From assembly GCA_030679615.1 (NCBI GenBank), contig JAUXSJ010000304.1:1-24364 (forward strand): a stretch of 24,364 nucleotides of DNA, in the 5' to 3' direction. Numbering within the stretch: position 1 is the first letter of the stretch; the number at the start of each line of letters is the position of its first letter. Below are positions 1 through 8,991 of this stretch, piece by piece. The position numbers were made by a program, and so were the translations under genes. Source of the DNA: Parachlamydiaceae bacterium (GTDB taxonomy: Bacteria > Chlamydiota > Chlamydiia > Chlamydiales > Parachlamydiaceae). The notes under the pieces were generated by a model that did no database searches, was not told where the DNA came from, and saw only the letters and a list, made by a program, of their open reading frames with translations.

Positions 1-37
1 AAACAAATACAGTCTTCACATTAGACAAAAAAATTAA

Positions 38-154
38 CAGGATAGGCAGGATAAAGAACAAGATATAGGAATGGGGTAAGTAAATTACTTTCGTAGTAAT
101 TTGAAGGCATTAAAAATTTGCTATTCATCATGCTTCTTTATCCTGCCTATCCTG
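38..154. repeat. Palindromic element, family A (caggata-type 9-nt units)
   Basis: caggataggcaggataaagaa (38-58) is the exact reverse complement of ttctttatcctgcctatcctg (134-154). A small internal hairpin aaattact-ttcgt-agtaattt lies in the spacer. Confidence 0.85.
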
Positions 155-258
155 CCAATCTTGTAAATTTTTTTATCTGCAGTTAATAGAGTTAGTGTTT
201 ATATTTTTTTTAAATTTGATGTTACATTTCAAAATTCATACTACAAAAGAGAACAACA

Positions 259-1104
259 ATGCCTTTACAATTTAAAAACAGCCCTCTATCGTACTACAAG
301 CGAATTTTTGCAATTATCCAACTATGCTTATCTTTTAGTTTAATGATTTGGTGCCTATTTCAACCATTTGTGGGGGAATATTTTAATTTAAAAACTAGAA
401 TGTTGCCTTATGAATATGTTTTAGGTGCACAGAAAACAAATGGAAATAATGTTCTTTTGTTTCAAAATATGAATGAAAACGATCGGGAATTAATGAAGAC
501 TGATTATCATAAAATTTTGAAATATTCCCAACGCTCCTTTTTTAAAAAAATTTATGATGGAATTATTTATTTTGCTTTTGAGGTACCTCCATTTGAACTT
601 GCGTGGATCTTTTTTTCTATTGTGATTGCAATACTCATTCTTTTGCAAAAAGAAGGATCTAAAAGCCTTAGTTGGTTATTGCCTATTATTGCAATAGGAT
701 TAGTTGTAGATGATTTTCAATCGGATCAAAAAATCAATTCATCTTCAGATCTAATTCTATTCCCAACTGAAAAACAATTAATAGATGAAGGTTATATTCA
801 AAATTTCCAACATGTCAATTGGATGGAGCAAAAGAATCAATTGACTCAAGGATGGCAAAATTATTTGATAGACAAGTGGAGTTCGCCTCAAGACGAAAAC
901 CGATTAGAAAAAGCTGAATTTAATTTTAATGTAGCAAGATTAAAATTATTTCATGAAGAACCATTTCAAAACTGGATTAAACCTAAAAATGAAAAATTGA
1001 GTTTAATATTGATTGTATTATTTATGTTTTGGAATATTTTATTTGCTTTAGTTATTTTCGATTTCTCGAAAAAAGGAAAAATTCTAACTTTTAGATCTAC
1101 GTAA
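259..1104 (+). CDS. Hypothetical integral membrane protein
   Basis: 281-aa ORF with an N-terminal hydrophobic helix, two central hydrophobic helices and a C-terminal hydrophobic helix; no family recognised. Confidence 0.8.
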   Translation: MPLQFKNSPLSYYKRIFAIIQLCLSFSLMIWCLFQPFVGEYFNLKTRMLPYEYVLGAQKTNGNNVLLFQNMNENDRELMKTDYHKILKYSQRSFFKKIYDGIIYFAFEVPPFELAWIFFSIVIAILILLQKEGSKSLSWLLPIIAIGLVVDDFQSDQKINSSSDLILFPTEKQLIDEGYIQNFQHVNWMEQKNQLTQGWQNYLIDKWSSPQDENRLEKAEFNFNVARLKLFHEEPFQNWIKPKNEKLSLILIVLFMFWNILFALVIFDFSKKGKILTFRST

Positions 1105-1106
1105 CC

Positions 1107-1277
1107 CCAAAAGTCGCTAAATTTTTTATCACAAAGAGCAGAAAGAACACAGAGACACAAAGAGAGGGCATGTTTAATAATGAAACTATATTAAAGAATT
1201 TCATTACTAAACATGCCCTCTCTTTGTGTCTTTGTGTTCTTTCTACTCTTTGTGATAAAAAATTTAGCGACTTTTGG
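1107..1277. repeat. 171-bp near-perfect inverted repeat, family B (acacaaag-type); probably also a bidirectional terminator
   Basis: 79-bp arms (1107-1185 and 1199-1277) with 3 mismatches and a 13-nt loop, between two convergent stop codons (1104 and 1295). Confidence 0.95.
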
Positions 1278-1294
1278 TTTAAACTAAATCCTAC

Positions 1295-2563
1295 TTAAAA
1301 GAATTGAGCGAGTTTAAATGTTCCAATTCCGGCAAAATAACCCACAAAAGCTGCTATACCGATTCTTCGCAAATACCAGAAAAATTGCACGCGCTCAAGC
1401 CCCATAAATGCAATTCCAGCAGCAGAACCCACGACTAAAATACTTCCACCTGTTCCTGCGCAATAGGCTACCAAATTCCAAAAACTTGAATCCATAGGGT
1501 ATGTTGATAAGTCATACATTCCCATTACAGCTGCAACCAGAGGAACATTATCCACAACAGCTGAAGCGAGGCCAATAGCAATCGCTACAAACTCAGAATT
1601 TCCAATGGTATTATCCATCCAATTTGCTAAATTATAAAGAATACCCGCTGTTTGTAATGCATCAATGCACAATAATATTCCTAAAAAGAACAGAACCCCT
1701 GAAACATCAATAGATGTCATGATTGCAGGAACCCGTAAATGTTCTCTTGTTGGTATTCCAGTATGAACAAAGTCAGTAAATAACCACATTAATCCCAATC
1801 CAAACATCATTCCCATGAAAGGAGGAAGTCCTGTATAAATTTTAAAAAGAGGAACTGAGATTAAACAAATCACTCCAAGCCAAAATACGATATTGCCCAT
1901 AGGCTCTTTTTCTTCTTTCACACTGACGGGATTAGATGTAAATTCTCCCTTTAAAAAGATCCCTATCATGGCAAGAAAAGCCACTAAACAAACAAGACTA
2001 GGTAAAAATAAAACTTTTATTATGTTTACTGTTGAAAGTTGACCACCAATCCATAACATCGTCGTTGTTACATCTCCAATCGGTGTCCATGCTCCACCTG
2101 CATTTGCTGCTACAACAACAGTGCCACCTAATAAAAGTCGATCTTCATTAGAATCTAAAAGCTTTCTTAACAAAGTGACCATAATAATCGTCGTTGTTAG
2201 ATTATCTAGAATGGAAGAAAGAAAAAATGAAATGAATCCAATGGTCCATAATAATTTTTTCTTAGATTTTGGCTCAATAGCATTAGAAAGGATCGAAAAC
2301 CCTTTATGCGCATTAATAATTTCAACGATAGTTAAAGCACCTAACAGAAAAAAAACAATTTGGCTAATATTCGCCATATGTTCGCCAAGCCACTCAATAT
2401 TTTTTTCATGAGAAGCTGTTCCACTAGCAAATTGTAAAATCCAACAGACTATGGCCATCAATAGGGCAATGGAGGTTTTATTAATTTTACTTACATGCTC
2501 GATAGCAATAAATAAATAGCCGATCACAAACGTAATGATCATTAATAAATTGAATAAATTCAT
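1295..2563 (-). CDS. nhaD: NhaD-type Na+/H+ antiporter (ion transporter superfamily)
   Basis: 422 aa, highly hydrophobic; motifs FFLSSILDNLTTT, AANAGGAWTPIGDVTT, SAVVDNVPLVAA, GTGGSILVVGSAAG typical of NhaD. Confidence 0.9.
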   Translation of the reverse strand: MNLFNLLMIITFVIGYLFIAIEHVSKINKTSIALLMAIVCWILQFASGTASHEKNIEWLGEHMANISQIVFFLLGALTIVEIINAHKGFSILSNAIEPKSKKKLLWTIGFISFFLSSILDNLTTTIIMVTLLRKLLDSNEDRLLLGGTVVVAANAGGAWTPIGDVTTTMLWIGGQLSTVNIIKVLFLPSLVCLVAFLAMIGIFLKGEFTSNPVSVKEEKEPMGNIVFWLGVICLISVPLFKIYTGLPPFMGMMFGLGLMWLFTDFVHTGIPTREHLRVPAIMTSIDVSGVLFFLGILLCIDALQTAGILYNLANWMDNTIGNSEFVAIAIGLASAVVDNVPLVAAVMGMYDLSTYPMDSSFWNLVAYCAGTGGSILVVGSAAGIAFMGLERVQFFWYLRRIGIAAFVGYFAGIGTFKLAQFF

Positions 2564-2596
2564 GATAGTATAGGGTTCGTTTGTTTAAAAAAAAAT

Positions 2597-2950
2597 CCGG
2601 GAAAATATAAGCCGGATTCTGTTAGCTAATTACTTAGCTCAGTCATCATTCGTCTAGGGTTGCCATTACTAACAACCTCAAGCGACTCTTCTTGAGTCCT
2701 GCGGAGCACAGTATTACTCAAATTCGTTCTTGCTTCGGATAGGGTTTACCGCTATCTGAGTTTTCTCAGATAGTCCAATTCCTTAAATTGGAATTTCACC
2801 CTGTCTGCCAACCCGAAGGTTAGCAGCGGAATACTTTCTGTTGCACTTTCCGTAGCTTTACAGCCCCCAGTATTTCACTGGTATCCTCTCCTATGAAGCC
2901 CGGACTTTCCTCTCCTTAAAAACATAAGCAGCGATGACTCTTTTTCCCGG
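2597..2950 (-). ncRNA. rnpB: RNase P RNA (bacterial type A)
   Basis: Minus strand carries GAGGAAAGTCCGGGC near the 5' end, AAGTGCAACAGAAA, and AACAGAATCCGGCTTAT near the 3' end. Terminal P1 helix ccgggaaaa/ttttcccgg defines the ends. Confidence 0.95.
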
Positions 2951-2988
2951 AAAAAACTTAAAACCTAATTATGGTAAAAAATAGGTTC

Positions 2989-3753
2989 TTAAACTTTTGC
3001 TTTTCGACGACGTTGCTTTGTTGGAACAAGAGCATCCTCTAAGACTTTATTTTCTTGCCAGTAGTGAATGCGTGAACAATGTTCACAAAAAACCAAACGC
3101 TCTCCTCTTCTCACTAGGTTCTCATGCTGTGCAGTTAACATAATATGACAACCACTGCAGCAACGATTTTCTAGTGGAACAACAACTCGATCTCTTTTAT
3201 TGCGCAATAATCTTTCGTAAATTTTAAAGACTTCAACATTCGCATGTGACACTAATTCATCACGTTCTGTTTTAATAGCACGGCCTTCGCTATTAATGAG
3301 TCGAATGTTTTCTTCAATTTCGTTTTCATGAACTTTTGAACCTGCTATAGCAGAATCCAAGTTTTCTTTTAACACTTTTAAATTGTCTTCTTCAACTGTT
3401 AAACGATCGTAAAAATCACTTAATCGCTGTTCTTTCGTTAATCTTTCTCTATCAGCAGTTGAAAGTTCATGAGTAATTGCATTATATTCATCTACTTTTT
3501 TAATCGAACTTTGATGAGCTTCTAATTTTTTAATCTTAGCTAAAACATCTGCATGCTCGCCTTCCATCTGTCGAATGACTTTTTTCATTTCAAAAATGTC
3601 GGATTCTTTTTCATTCACTCGATTTGTCAAAGAGGCTTCATTTGCTTTGATGCTTTCCCTTTCTTTCTCTCTTTGACGTCTGACCTCCAATAATTGAATC
3701 ATTTTCATGTCACATTCTTGGATTTTTAATATCACATTAAGGGCTTCTAACAT
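2989..3753 (-). CDS. CT398/CdsZ-like coiled-coil protein with C-terminal C4 zinc ribbon (DUF164 type)
   Basis: Long coiled coil followed by CSGC...CEHC; length 254 aa and adjacency to rnpB match the chlamydial arrangement. Confidence 0.85.
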   Translation of the reverse strand: MLEALNVILKIQECDMKMIQLLEVRRQREKERESIKANEASLTNRVNEKESDIFEMKKVIRQMEGEHADVLAKIKKLEAHQSSIKKVDEYNAITHELSTADRERLTKEQRLSDFYDRLTVEEDNLKVLKENLDSAIAGSKVHENEIEENIRLINSEGRAIKTERDELVSHANVEVFKIYERLLRNKRDRVVVPLENRCCSGCHIMLTAQHENLVRRGERLVFCEHCSRIHYWQENKVLEDALVPTKQRRRKAKV

Positions 3754-4060
3754 AATTTATTCCTTAAGGTAAATGAGATAATTATAATAGTGTATGCCAT
3801 CATAACGAATGAGGAAAAAAAAGAAAAGAAATCAATTGATTGAATTTTTTTTTTGATCAGGCAAGCAATCAATACAATTTAAAAACAAACTGGATTTTTG
3901 ATATTTTATTTCATTTTCATTTCAACATATTATGGTCAAGAACAGATTATTATTCATTAGATACTAATAAGATTTTTAAAATCAATAAACACTTGTTTTT
4001 TTAAATTTTTGTAATATTATTTCTGATATAAAAAAACAAACATTAAATAAAGAAGGTTTT

Positions 4061-4600
4061 ATGATTAGTAATAATTACAACGTTTTCATTTCTGATCAAA
4101 CAATTGAACTAATTGAAGAAAAAATCAATTGTTCTATTTCTTTTAAAAAAACTTCATGGAAATGGCATTATTCTCTTATTCAAAAGGGTAATAATAGTGA
4201 AGTAGTAGGCGATATTGTAAAAAAAAGTGACAATCAATTCGTAAAAATCATTGAACTGCATAAAAAAATAAAAGATCAATCAACACTAACAAATGATTTT
4301 GATGAAGCACAAATAATGAAATTTTTAAATAAATTTTGTCACTTAAAATATAGGCAATTTTTATTCCAATCTAAAATAGAAATTTTTCAAAACGACTGTT
4401 ACCCAGTGATCAAGAATATTCTCGAAGAAAACACAAATAAAAAAGTTATGCTAGTTTCAAAAATAGCGGAATTTTTCAAAAATAAACTTGAAGGAGGATT
4501 TTCACGATATTTTCAAGAAAATTTATCAAATTTCGATCAAGATTGTTTTTCTATAGTAAAAGAAATAAATAAAGATTTATTTTTTAATCAAAACCAATAA
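4061..4600 (+). CDS. Hypothetical protein (orphan, Lys/Asn-rich)
   Basis: 179-aa ORF in an AT-rich region with AGAAGG upstream; no motif recognised. Confidence 0.65.
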   Translation: MISNNYNVFISDQTIELIEEKINCSISFKKTSWKWHYSLIQKGNNSEVVGDIVKKSDNQFVKIIELHKKIKDQSTLTNDFDEAQIMKFLNKFCHLKYRQFLFQSKIEIFQNDCYPVIKNILEENTNKKVMLVSKIAEFFKNKLEGGFSRYFQENLSNFDQDCFSIVKEINKDLFFNQNQ

Positions 4601-4618
4601 AAAAATGTAATTAAATAT

Positions 4619-4667
4619 GGAGTGCGCGTGACTTGTCACCGCTTTCATAGCTTCGACTTGTCGAAGC
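4619..4667 (+). repeat. REP-like unit (GGAG-tagged hairpin) plus a second hairpin
   Basis: ggagt-gcg(c)gtga-cttg-tcaccgc-ttt followed by gcttcga-cttg-tcgaagc; same GGAGTGCG...CGCTTT frame as the units at 11033 and 11151. Confidence 0.7.
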
Positions 4668-4924
4668 GTTGCGTAGTGGCAAAGAATTGTGCTATCTGCA
4701 ACGACATTTTTAGAGAAGCCATTTCTCAGAATCGAAAGATCGCAAGGTTAACTCGGTTTAACCTGATGACCTAAGCCTGCTCATTTTGTTTTTTCTTTTT
4801 TAAGAATTATAAAGTCTTTTTCTTGATTTAAACTTTTTTGTTGACATTCATTTTGATACCTGGGAAAAAAATACTGGACTCATAAATTAGTCATATCAAC
4901 ACATTTATGAAAAGGTAGTAAGCC

Positions 4925-5377
4925 ATGCTTACAAAAAAAGATTCAACTAAAGAAACAAAAGTTAAACTCAGCAAAGTAAACGCTCTAAACAAAAATGCTG
5001 AAGAAAATTCATATTGCTGTTCACAATCGTCATTATCTATTCCATCCCCCTCCAAGCCCATAAAACCTAACAATTCAATTCCTTCAAAAAATCAAGATGC
5101 TCAAGAAAAAAAATCTTCTTACAAAACTCGTCTGACTATTAAGTATGACATCGGCTATCAAAATAAATTTTTTATTCGCGGCAAAGGAGCAAATTTAAGT
5201 TGGGATAAAGGACAAGAGTTCACTAATGTCAAACCTGATGAGTGGATTTGGGAAACAGAGATTCCTTTCAATCAATGCGAATTTAAAGTATTAATTAACG
5301 ATGAAATTTATGAAATTGGTGAAAATCATTTTTTAAATTGCGGATCCTCGGTTGTCTATACTCCTCATTTTAATTAG
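4925..5377 (+). CDS. Hypothetical protein with low-complexity N-terminus and CBM20-like C-terminal domain
   Basis: C-terminal ~80 aa pattern FIRGKGANLSWDKG...WIWET...EFKVLIND resembles starch-binding CBM20 folds (recognition by eye only). Confidence 0.7.
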   Translation: MLTKKDSTKETKVKLSKVNALNKNAEENSYCCSQSSLSIPSPSKPIKPNNSIPSKNQDAQEKKSSYKTRLTIKYDIGYQNKFFIRGKGANLSWDKGQEFTNVKPDEWIWETEIPFNQCEFKVLINDEIYEIGENHFLNCGSSVVYTPHFN

Positions 5378-5407
5378 CTTTAACGATGGATAAAATAACA
5401 AGGTAAT

Positions 5408-5525
5408 ATAAATTTTTCTTGTTCTATCGTTATATCGTTATATCGTTTCCATCGTTAATTTGCTTTAAGACTCATGTCAGCTAAAAGTAAAATTAACGAT
5501 GGAAACGATAGAACGATATAACGAT
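5408..5525. repeat. Palindromic element, family C copy 1 (atcgtt-type 8-nt units)
   Basis: Arms 5426-5461 and 5490-5525 (36 bp, 1 mismatch); loop gctttaagactcatgtcagctaaaagta. Confidence 0.9.
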
Positions 5526-5659
5526 GGATTTAGGAAACGGACCTTCCTTTCAATCAATGCGAATTTAAAATGTTGATTAACGATGAAATTTATGAAATAG
5601 GTGAAAATCAATTTTTAAATTAATGATCTTCTGTTGCTTACACTCCTCATTTTAATTAG
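5525..5659 (+). pseudogene. Degenerate tandem copy of the 3' end of the 4925..5377 gene
   Basis: 5525-5659 matches 5243-5377 at an offset of 282 bp, with substitutions and an in-frame TAA in place of the Cys codon. Confidence 0.85.
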
Positions 5660-5695
5660 CTTTAACGATGGATAAAACAATAAGATAATATAAAC

Positions 5696-5808
5696 TTTTC
5701 TTGTTCTATCGTTCTATCGTTTCCATCGTTAACTTTACTTTTAGCTGACACGAGTCTTAAAGCAATTAACGATGGAAATGATATAACGATAGAACAAGAA
5801 AAATTTAT
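5696..5808. repeat. Palindromic element, family C copy 2 (loop in inverted orientation)
   Basis: Arms 5696-5732 and 5766-5802 (2 mismatches); loop ctttacttttagctgacacgagtcttaaagcaa is nearly the reverse complement of the copy 1 loop. Confidence 0.9.
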
Positions 5809-5814
5809 TTTAAG

Positions 5815-5857
5815 AATCCTGTTTATCCTTCCTATCCTTTTAATCCTGTAATTTTTT
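5815..5857. repeat. Solo right arm of family A
   Basis: aatcctgtttatccttcctatccttttaatcctgtaatttttt resembles the right arm at 137-174; no clear left arm nearby. Confidence 0.65.
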
Positions 5858-5977
5858 ATACGACATTTGTTAACTTCAATCTCATCAACTAAACAATCTT
5901 GCATAAAAACGATCATTTCAGACACAATAAATCTCCAGAAAGCTTCAATTTTTACAAGTTAATCAGGGATTTTTTGA

Positions 5978-7456
5978 ATGACATCGAGACTAAAAAAATA
6001 TTTATCAAAACATGCCTCTTCACCTCTCAATCCTGCAGTTGTTGCTTACATCGCATCTCTCGATCACCTGGCTTCCGTAGCTCCTGAAGTGGAAAAAAGC
6101 ATTGTTCAAGAATTAAATGATGAAAGATCTCATTTAAAACTAATCGCTTCAGAGAATTTTTCATCTTTGGCTGTTCAACTCGCCATGGGTAATTTACTAA
6201 CAGATAAATATGCTGAAGGCTATCCGGGTCATCGCTTTTATGCAGGTTGTAATAATGTTGATGCGATTGAAAGTCTTGCTCAGCAAGAACTGATTGAATT
6301 GTTTAAATGCGAACATGCATATGTCCAACCACATTCTGGTGCAGATGCCAACCTAGTTGCATTATGGGCTATACTTTTTCATAAAATCCAAGCTCCTGCT
6401 ATTGAGAAATTAGGCAAAAAAACTTTAGATGAATTATCCCCTGAAGAATATGAAGAGGTACGTCAACTTTTAGTTAATCAAAAACTCATGGGGATGTCGT
6501 TAAATTCAGGTGGACATCTCACTCATGGTTACAGACATAATATTTCTTCGAAAATCCTTAAAGCTGTTCATTATGATGTAAATCCAAAAACAGAATTAAT
6601 TGACTACGATCAATTATCAGATCAAGTTAAAAAGGAAAAGCCCACCATTCTTATGGCAGGGTATTCTGCTCACCCAAGAAAAATCAATTTTGCTAAAATG
6701 AGAGAAATTGCCGATCAAGTGGGAGCTGTTTTATTTGTTGACATGGCCCATTTCGCAGGTCTTGTTGCAGGTGGAGTGTTTGAAGGAGAATTCAATCCGA
6801 TTCCTTATGCTGATATCGTCTCTTCAACTACCCATAAGACCTTAAGAGGACCAAGAGGTGGTATCATTTTATGCAAAAAAGAATATGCAGATGCTGTCAA
6901 TAAAGGATGTCCTTTAGTTTTAGGAGGTCCGCTTCCACATGTGATGGCTGCAAAAGCTGTTGCCTTTAAAGAAGCTAATACTCAAGAATTTAAAGATTAC
7001 GCTAAAAAAATTGTTGAAAATGCACACTATTTAGCTGAACGCTTTATCCAAAAAGGTGTCCGTTTAGTTACAGGTGGAACAGAAAATCATTTATTAATTG
7101 TGGATTTAACACAATTTGGATTAACAGGTCGGATTGCAGAGTCAGTTCTTCGATCAGCTCATATCACTGTTAATCGAAATGCCATCCCATTTGACCAACA
7201 AGGTCCATGGTATACATCGGGAATTAGATTAGGAACAGCTGCTTTAACAACCTTAGGAATGGGAAAAGAAGAGATGTATGAAATCGCTGATGTGATTATT
7301 ACTATTCTTATAAACACAAAGCCAGCTATGATTGAAAAAACAGGACAATTGAGTAAGGCAAATGGAATCACTGATCCTTTAGTGTTAGAAGAAGCAAAGA
7401 AACGGATCGCTCAACTTTTAAATCGATATCCGCTCTATCCTGAAATTGAAATTTAA
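5978..7456 (+). CDS. glyA: Serine hydroxymethyltransferase
   Basis: LIASEN, KYAEGYPG, YVQPHSGADAN, GGHLTHG, DMAHFAGLVA, STTHKTLRGPRGG (PLP lysine), TSGIRLGT; long chlamydial-type form. Confidence 0.98.
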   Translation: MTSRLKKYLSKHASSPLNPAVVAYIASLDHLASVAPEVEKSIVQELNDERSHLKLIASENFSSLAVQLAMGNLLTDKYAEGYPGHRFYAGCNNVDAIESLAQQELIELFKCEHAYVQPHSGADANLVALWAILFHKIQAPAIEKLGKKTLDELSPEEYEEVRQLLVNQKLMGMSLNSGGHLTHGYRHNISSKILKAVHYDVNPKTELIDYDQLSDQVKKEKPTILMAGYSAHPRKINFAKMREIADQVGAVLFVDMAHFAGLVAGGVFEGEFNPIPYADIVSSTTHKTLRGPRGGIILCKKEYADAVNKGCPLVLGGPLPHVMAAKAVAFKEANTQEFKDYAKKIVENAHYLAERFIQKGVRLVTGGTENHLLIVDLTQFGLTGRIAESVLRSAHITVNRNAIPFDQQGPWYTSGIRLGTAALTTLGMGKEEMYEIADVIITILINTKPAMIEKTGQLSKANGITDPLVLEEAKKRIAQLLNRYPLYPEIEI

Positions 7457-7487
7457 TGTATTTTATGCCCTTAGTTAGGAGAAAACC

Positions 7488-8105
7488 ATGGCGAAACAAA
7501 ACGATAATCATCAAGGACCGGTCCCTTCAAAGGTAGCAGATAAAATTGAAAATGCTTTATTAAATTCTCGCCGCATATTTCTTTCAGATGTGGTAGATAA
7601 TGATACAGCTAGTGATATCATAAAAAAATTATGGTATTTTGAAATGACAGATCCAGGTAAGCCCATTCTTTTTATCATTAATAGTCCGGGCGGAGCTGTT
7701 GATTCAGGCTTTGCAATTTGGGACACAGTAAAGTTAATCACATCTCCTGTGATCACACTTGTGACAGGTTTAGCTGCTTCAATGGGTTCTATTCTTAGTC
7801 TTTGTGCTACGAAAAAGGGTGGTCGTTATGCAACACCTCATTCCAGAATTATGATTCATCAACCCTTGCTTTCTGGAGTTATTAAAGGACAAGCAACTGA
7901 TCTTGAGATTCAAGCTAAGGAAATTCTTAAAACAAAAAGATTATTAATTAATATTTATGTTCAAGAAACCGGTAAAGATTTTGCTGCCATCGAAAAGGCT
8001 TTGGATAGAGATATGTGGATGACAGCTGAAGAAGCGAAAGCATTCGGATTGCTTGATGGGATTGTTAATTCTCCTGAAGAACTCAGTCAGCTTTATCATG
8101 CATAA
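7488..8105 (+). CDS. clpP: ATP-dependent Clp protease proteolytic subunit (ClpP1-type by synteny)
   Basis: INSPGG, AASMGS (catalytic Ser), IMIHQP (His), DRDMWM (Asp); AGGAG ribosome-binding site upstream. Confidence 0.96.
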   Translation: MAKQNDNHQGPVPSKVADKIENALLNSRRIFLSDVVDNDTASDIIKKLWYFEMTDPGKPILFIINSPGGAVDSGFAIWDTVKLITSPVITLVTGLAASMGSILSLCATKKGGRYATPHSRIMIHQPLLSGVIKGQATDLEIQAKEILKTKRLLINIYVQETGKDFAAIEKALDRDMWMTAEEAKAFGLLDGIVNSPEELSQLYHA

Positions 8106-8967
8106 TTGGTCATTTGCAAAATATGTAGGATGCGGTAACGATTTTATTTTATTCGATAATCGCCAAAATAATTTCCCGGTCGACTCAAAGTTAATTGTTT
8201 CTCTTTGTGATCGACAATATGGAATAGGGGCAGATGGGGTTCTTTTATTAGAACTTTCGAAACTTGCTGATTGTAAGATGCGCATTTTTAATTCTGATGG
8301 TCATGAAGCCGAAATGTGTGGAAATGGCTTACGTTGTTTTATCAAATGGATTCATGCTCTTGGTATTCGTCGTGAAGTTTATACCATTGAAGTCATGAAT
8401 CATTTTTTACAAGGAAGAATGATTAACGAACAAGATGTCTGCATTGAAATGAAAAATCCATCAGAAATTGTATGGGAAACATCTTTAAGCTATAAGGACC
8501 AACTATTCAAGGTTCATACTTTGAATACCGGGGTTCCACATGCAATCATATTTGTAGACAATCTTGATGAAATTCCTGTCAATGAAGTTGGAAGCTATAT
8601 TAGAAACCATCCTCTATGGCAACCAAAAGGAACTAATGTCAATTTTGTAAAAATTGAAAAAGACCAAAGTTTATCAGTACGAACTTTCGAAAGAGGAGTT
8701 GAGGGTGAAACCCTTGCTTGTGGAACGGGTGTGACAGCAGCAGCATTAGCTGCAGCTTATTTATTTGATGTAAAGTCACCTGTAAAATCAAAAACAAGAT
8801 CAGGTGAAAACCTAATTGTTCACTTTGATTATCAACACGGTCATTTTTCAAAAATTTCATTAACTGGAGCGGCACAACACAAATTTTCAGGAGAAGTTAA
8901 TTTAAAAGAAATTCTCCAATCATCTCGATTTTCCATTGCCAGTAACTCCAAACATTCACTAACATAG
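8098..8967 (+). CDS. dapF: Diaminopimelate epimerase
   Basis: [48 protein letters not shown]. Start moved to ATG 8098, which overlaps the clpP stop; the track start at 8053 runs deep into clpP. Confidence 0.95.
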   Translation: MHNWSFAKYVGCGNDFILFDNRQNNFPVDSKLIVSLCDRQYGIGADGVLLLELSKLADCKMRIFNSDGHEAEMCGNGLRCFIKWIHALGIRREVYTIEVMNHFLQGRMINEQDVCIEMKNPSEIVWETSLSYKDQLFKVHTLNTGVPHAIIFVDNLDEIPVNEVGSYIRNHPLWQPKGTNVNFVKIEKDQSLSVRTFERGVEGETLACGTGVTAAALAAAYLFDVKSPVKSKTRSGENLIVHFDYQHGHFSKISLTGAAQHKFSGEVNLKEILQSSRFSIASNSKHSLT

Positions 8968-8991
8968 CATTTTAGAAAGGAATTAAAACGC

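Noticed and set aside
966-1160. 64-aa minus-strand ORF (MCLCVLSALCD...)
   Set aside because: Starts within the family B hairpin arm and overlaps a real gene antisense; the Cys/Leu/Val pattern is just the translated repeat.
4619-4790. tRNA, SRP RNA or known riboswitch
   Set aside because: No cloverleaf/TTCG arm, no SRP GGAA tetraloop domain and no aptamer consensus recognised by eye; an Rfam scan was not possible.
5380-5808. CRISPR array suggested by repeated atcgtt-rich blocks
   Set aside because: Repeats are inverted pairs with a shared, not unique, intervening sequence; no regular repeat-spacer period and no cas genes.
5662-6087. ORFs 5662..5925 (-) and 5899..6087 (+)
   Set aside because: Read through palindromic repeats or overlap glyA out of frame; no coding features.
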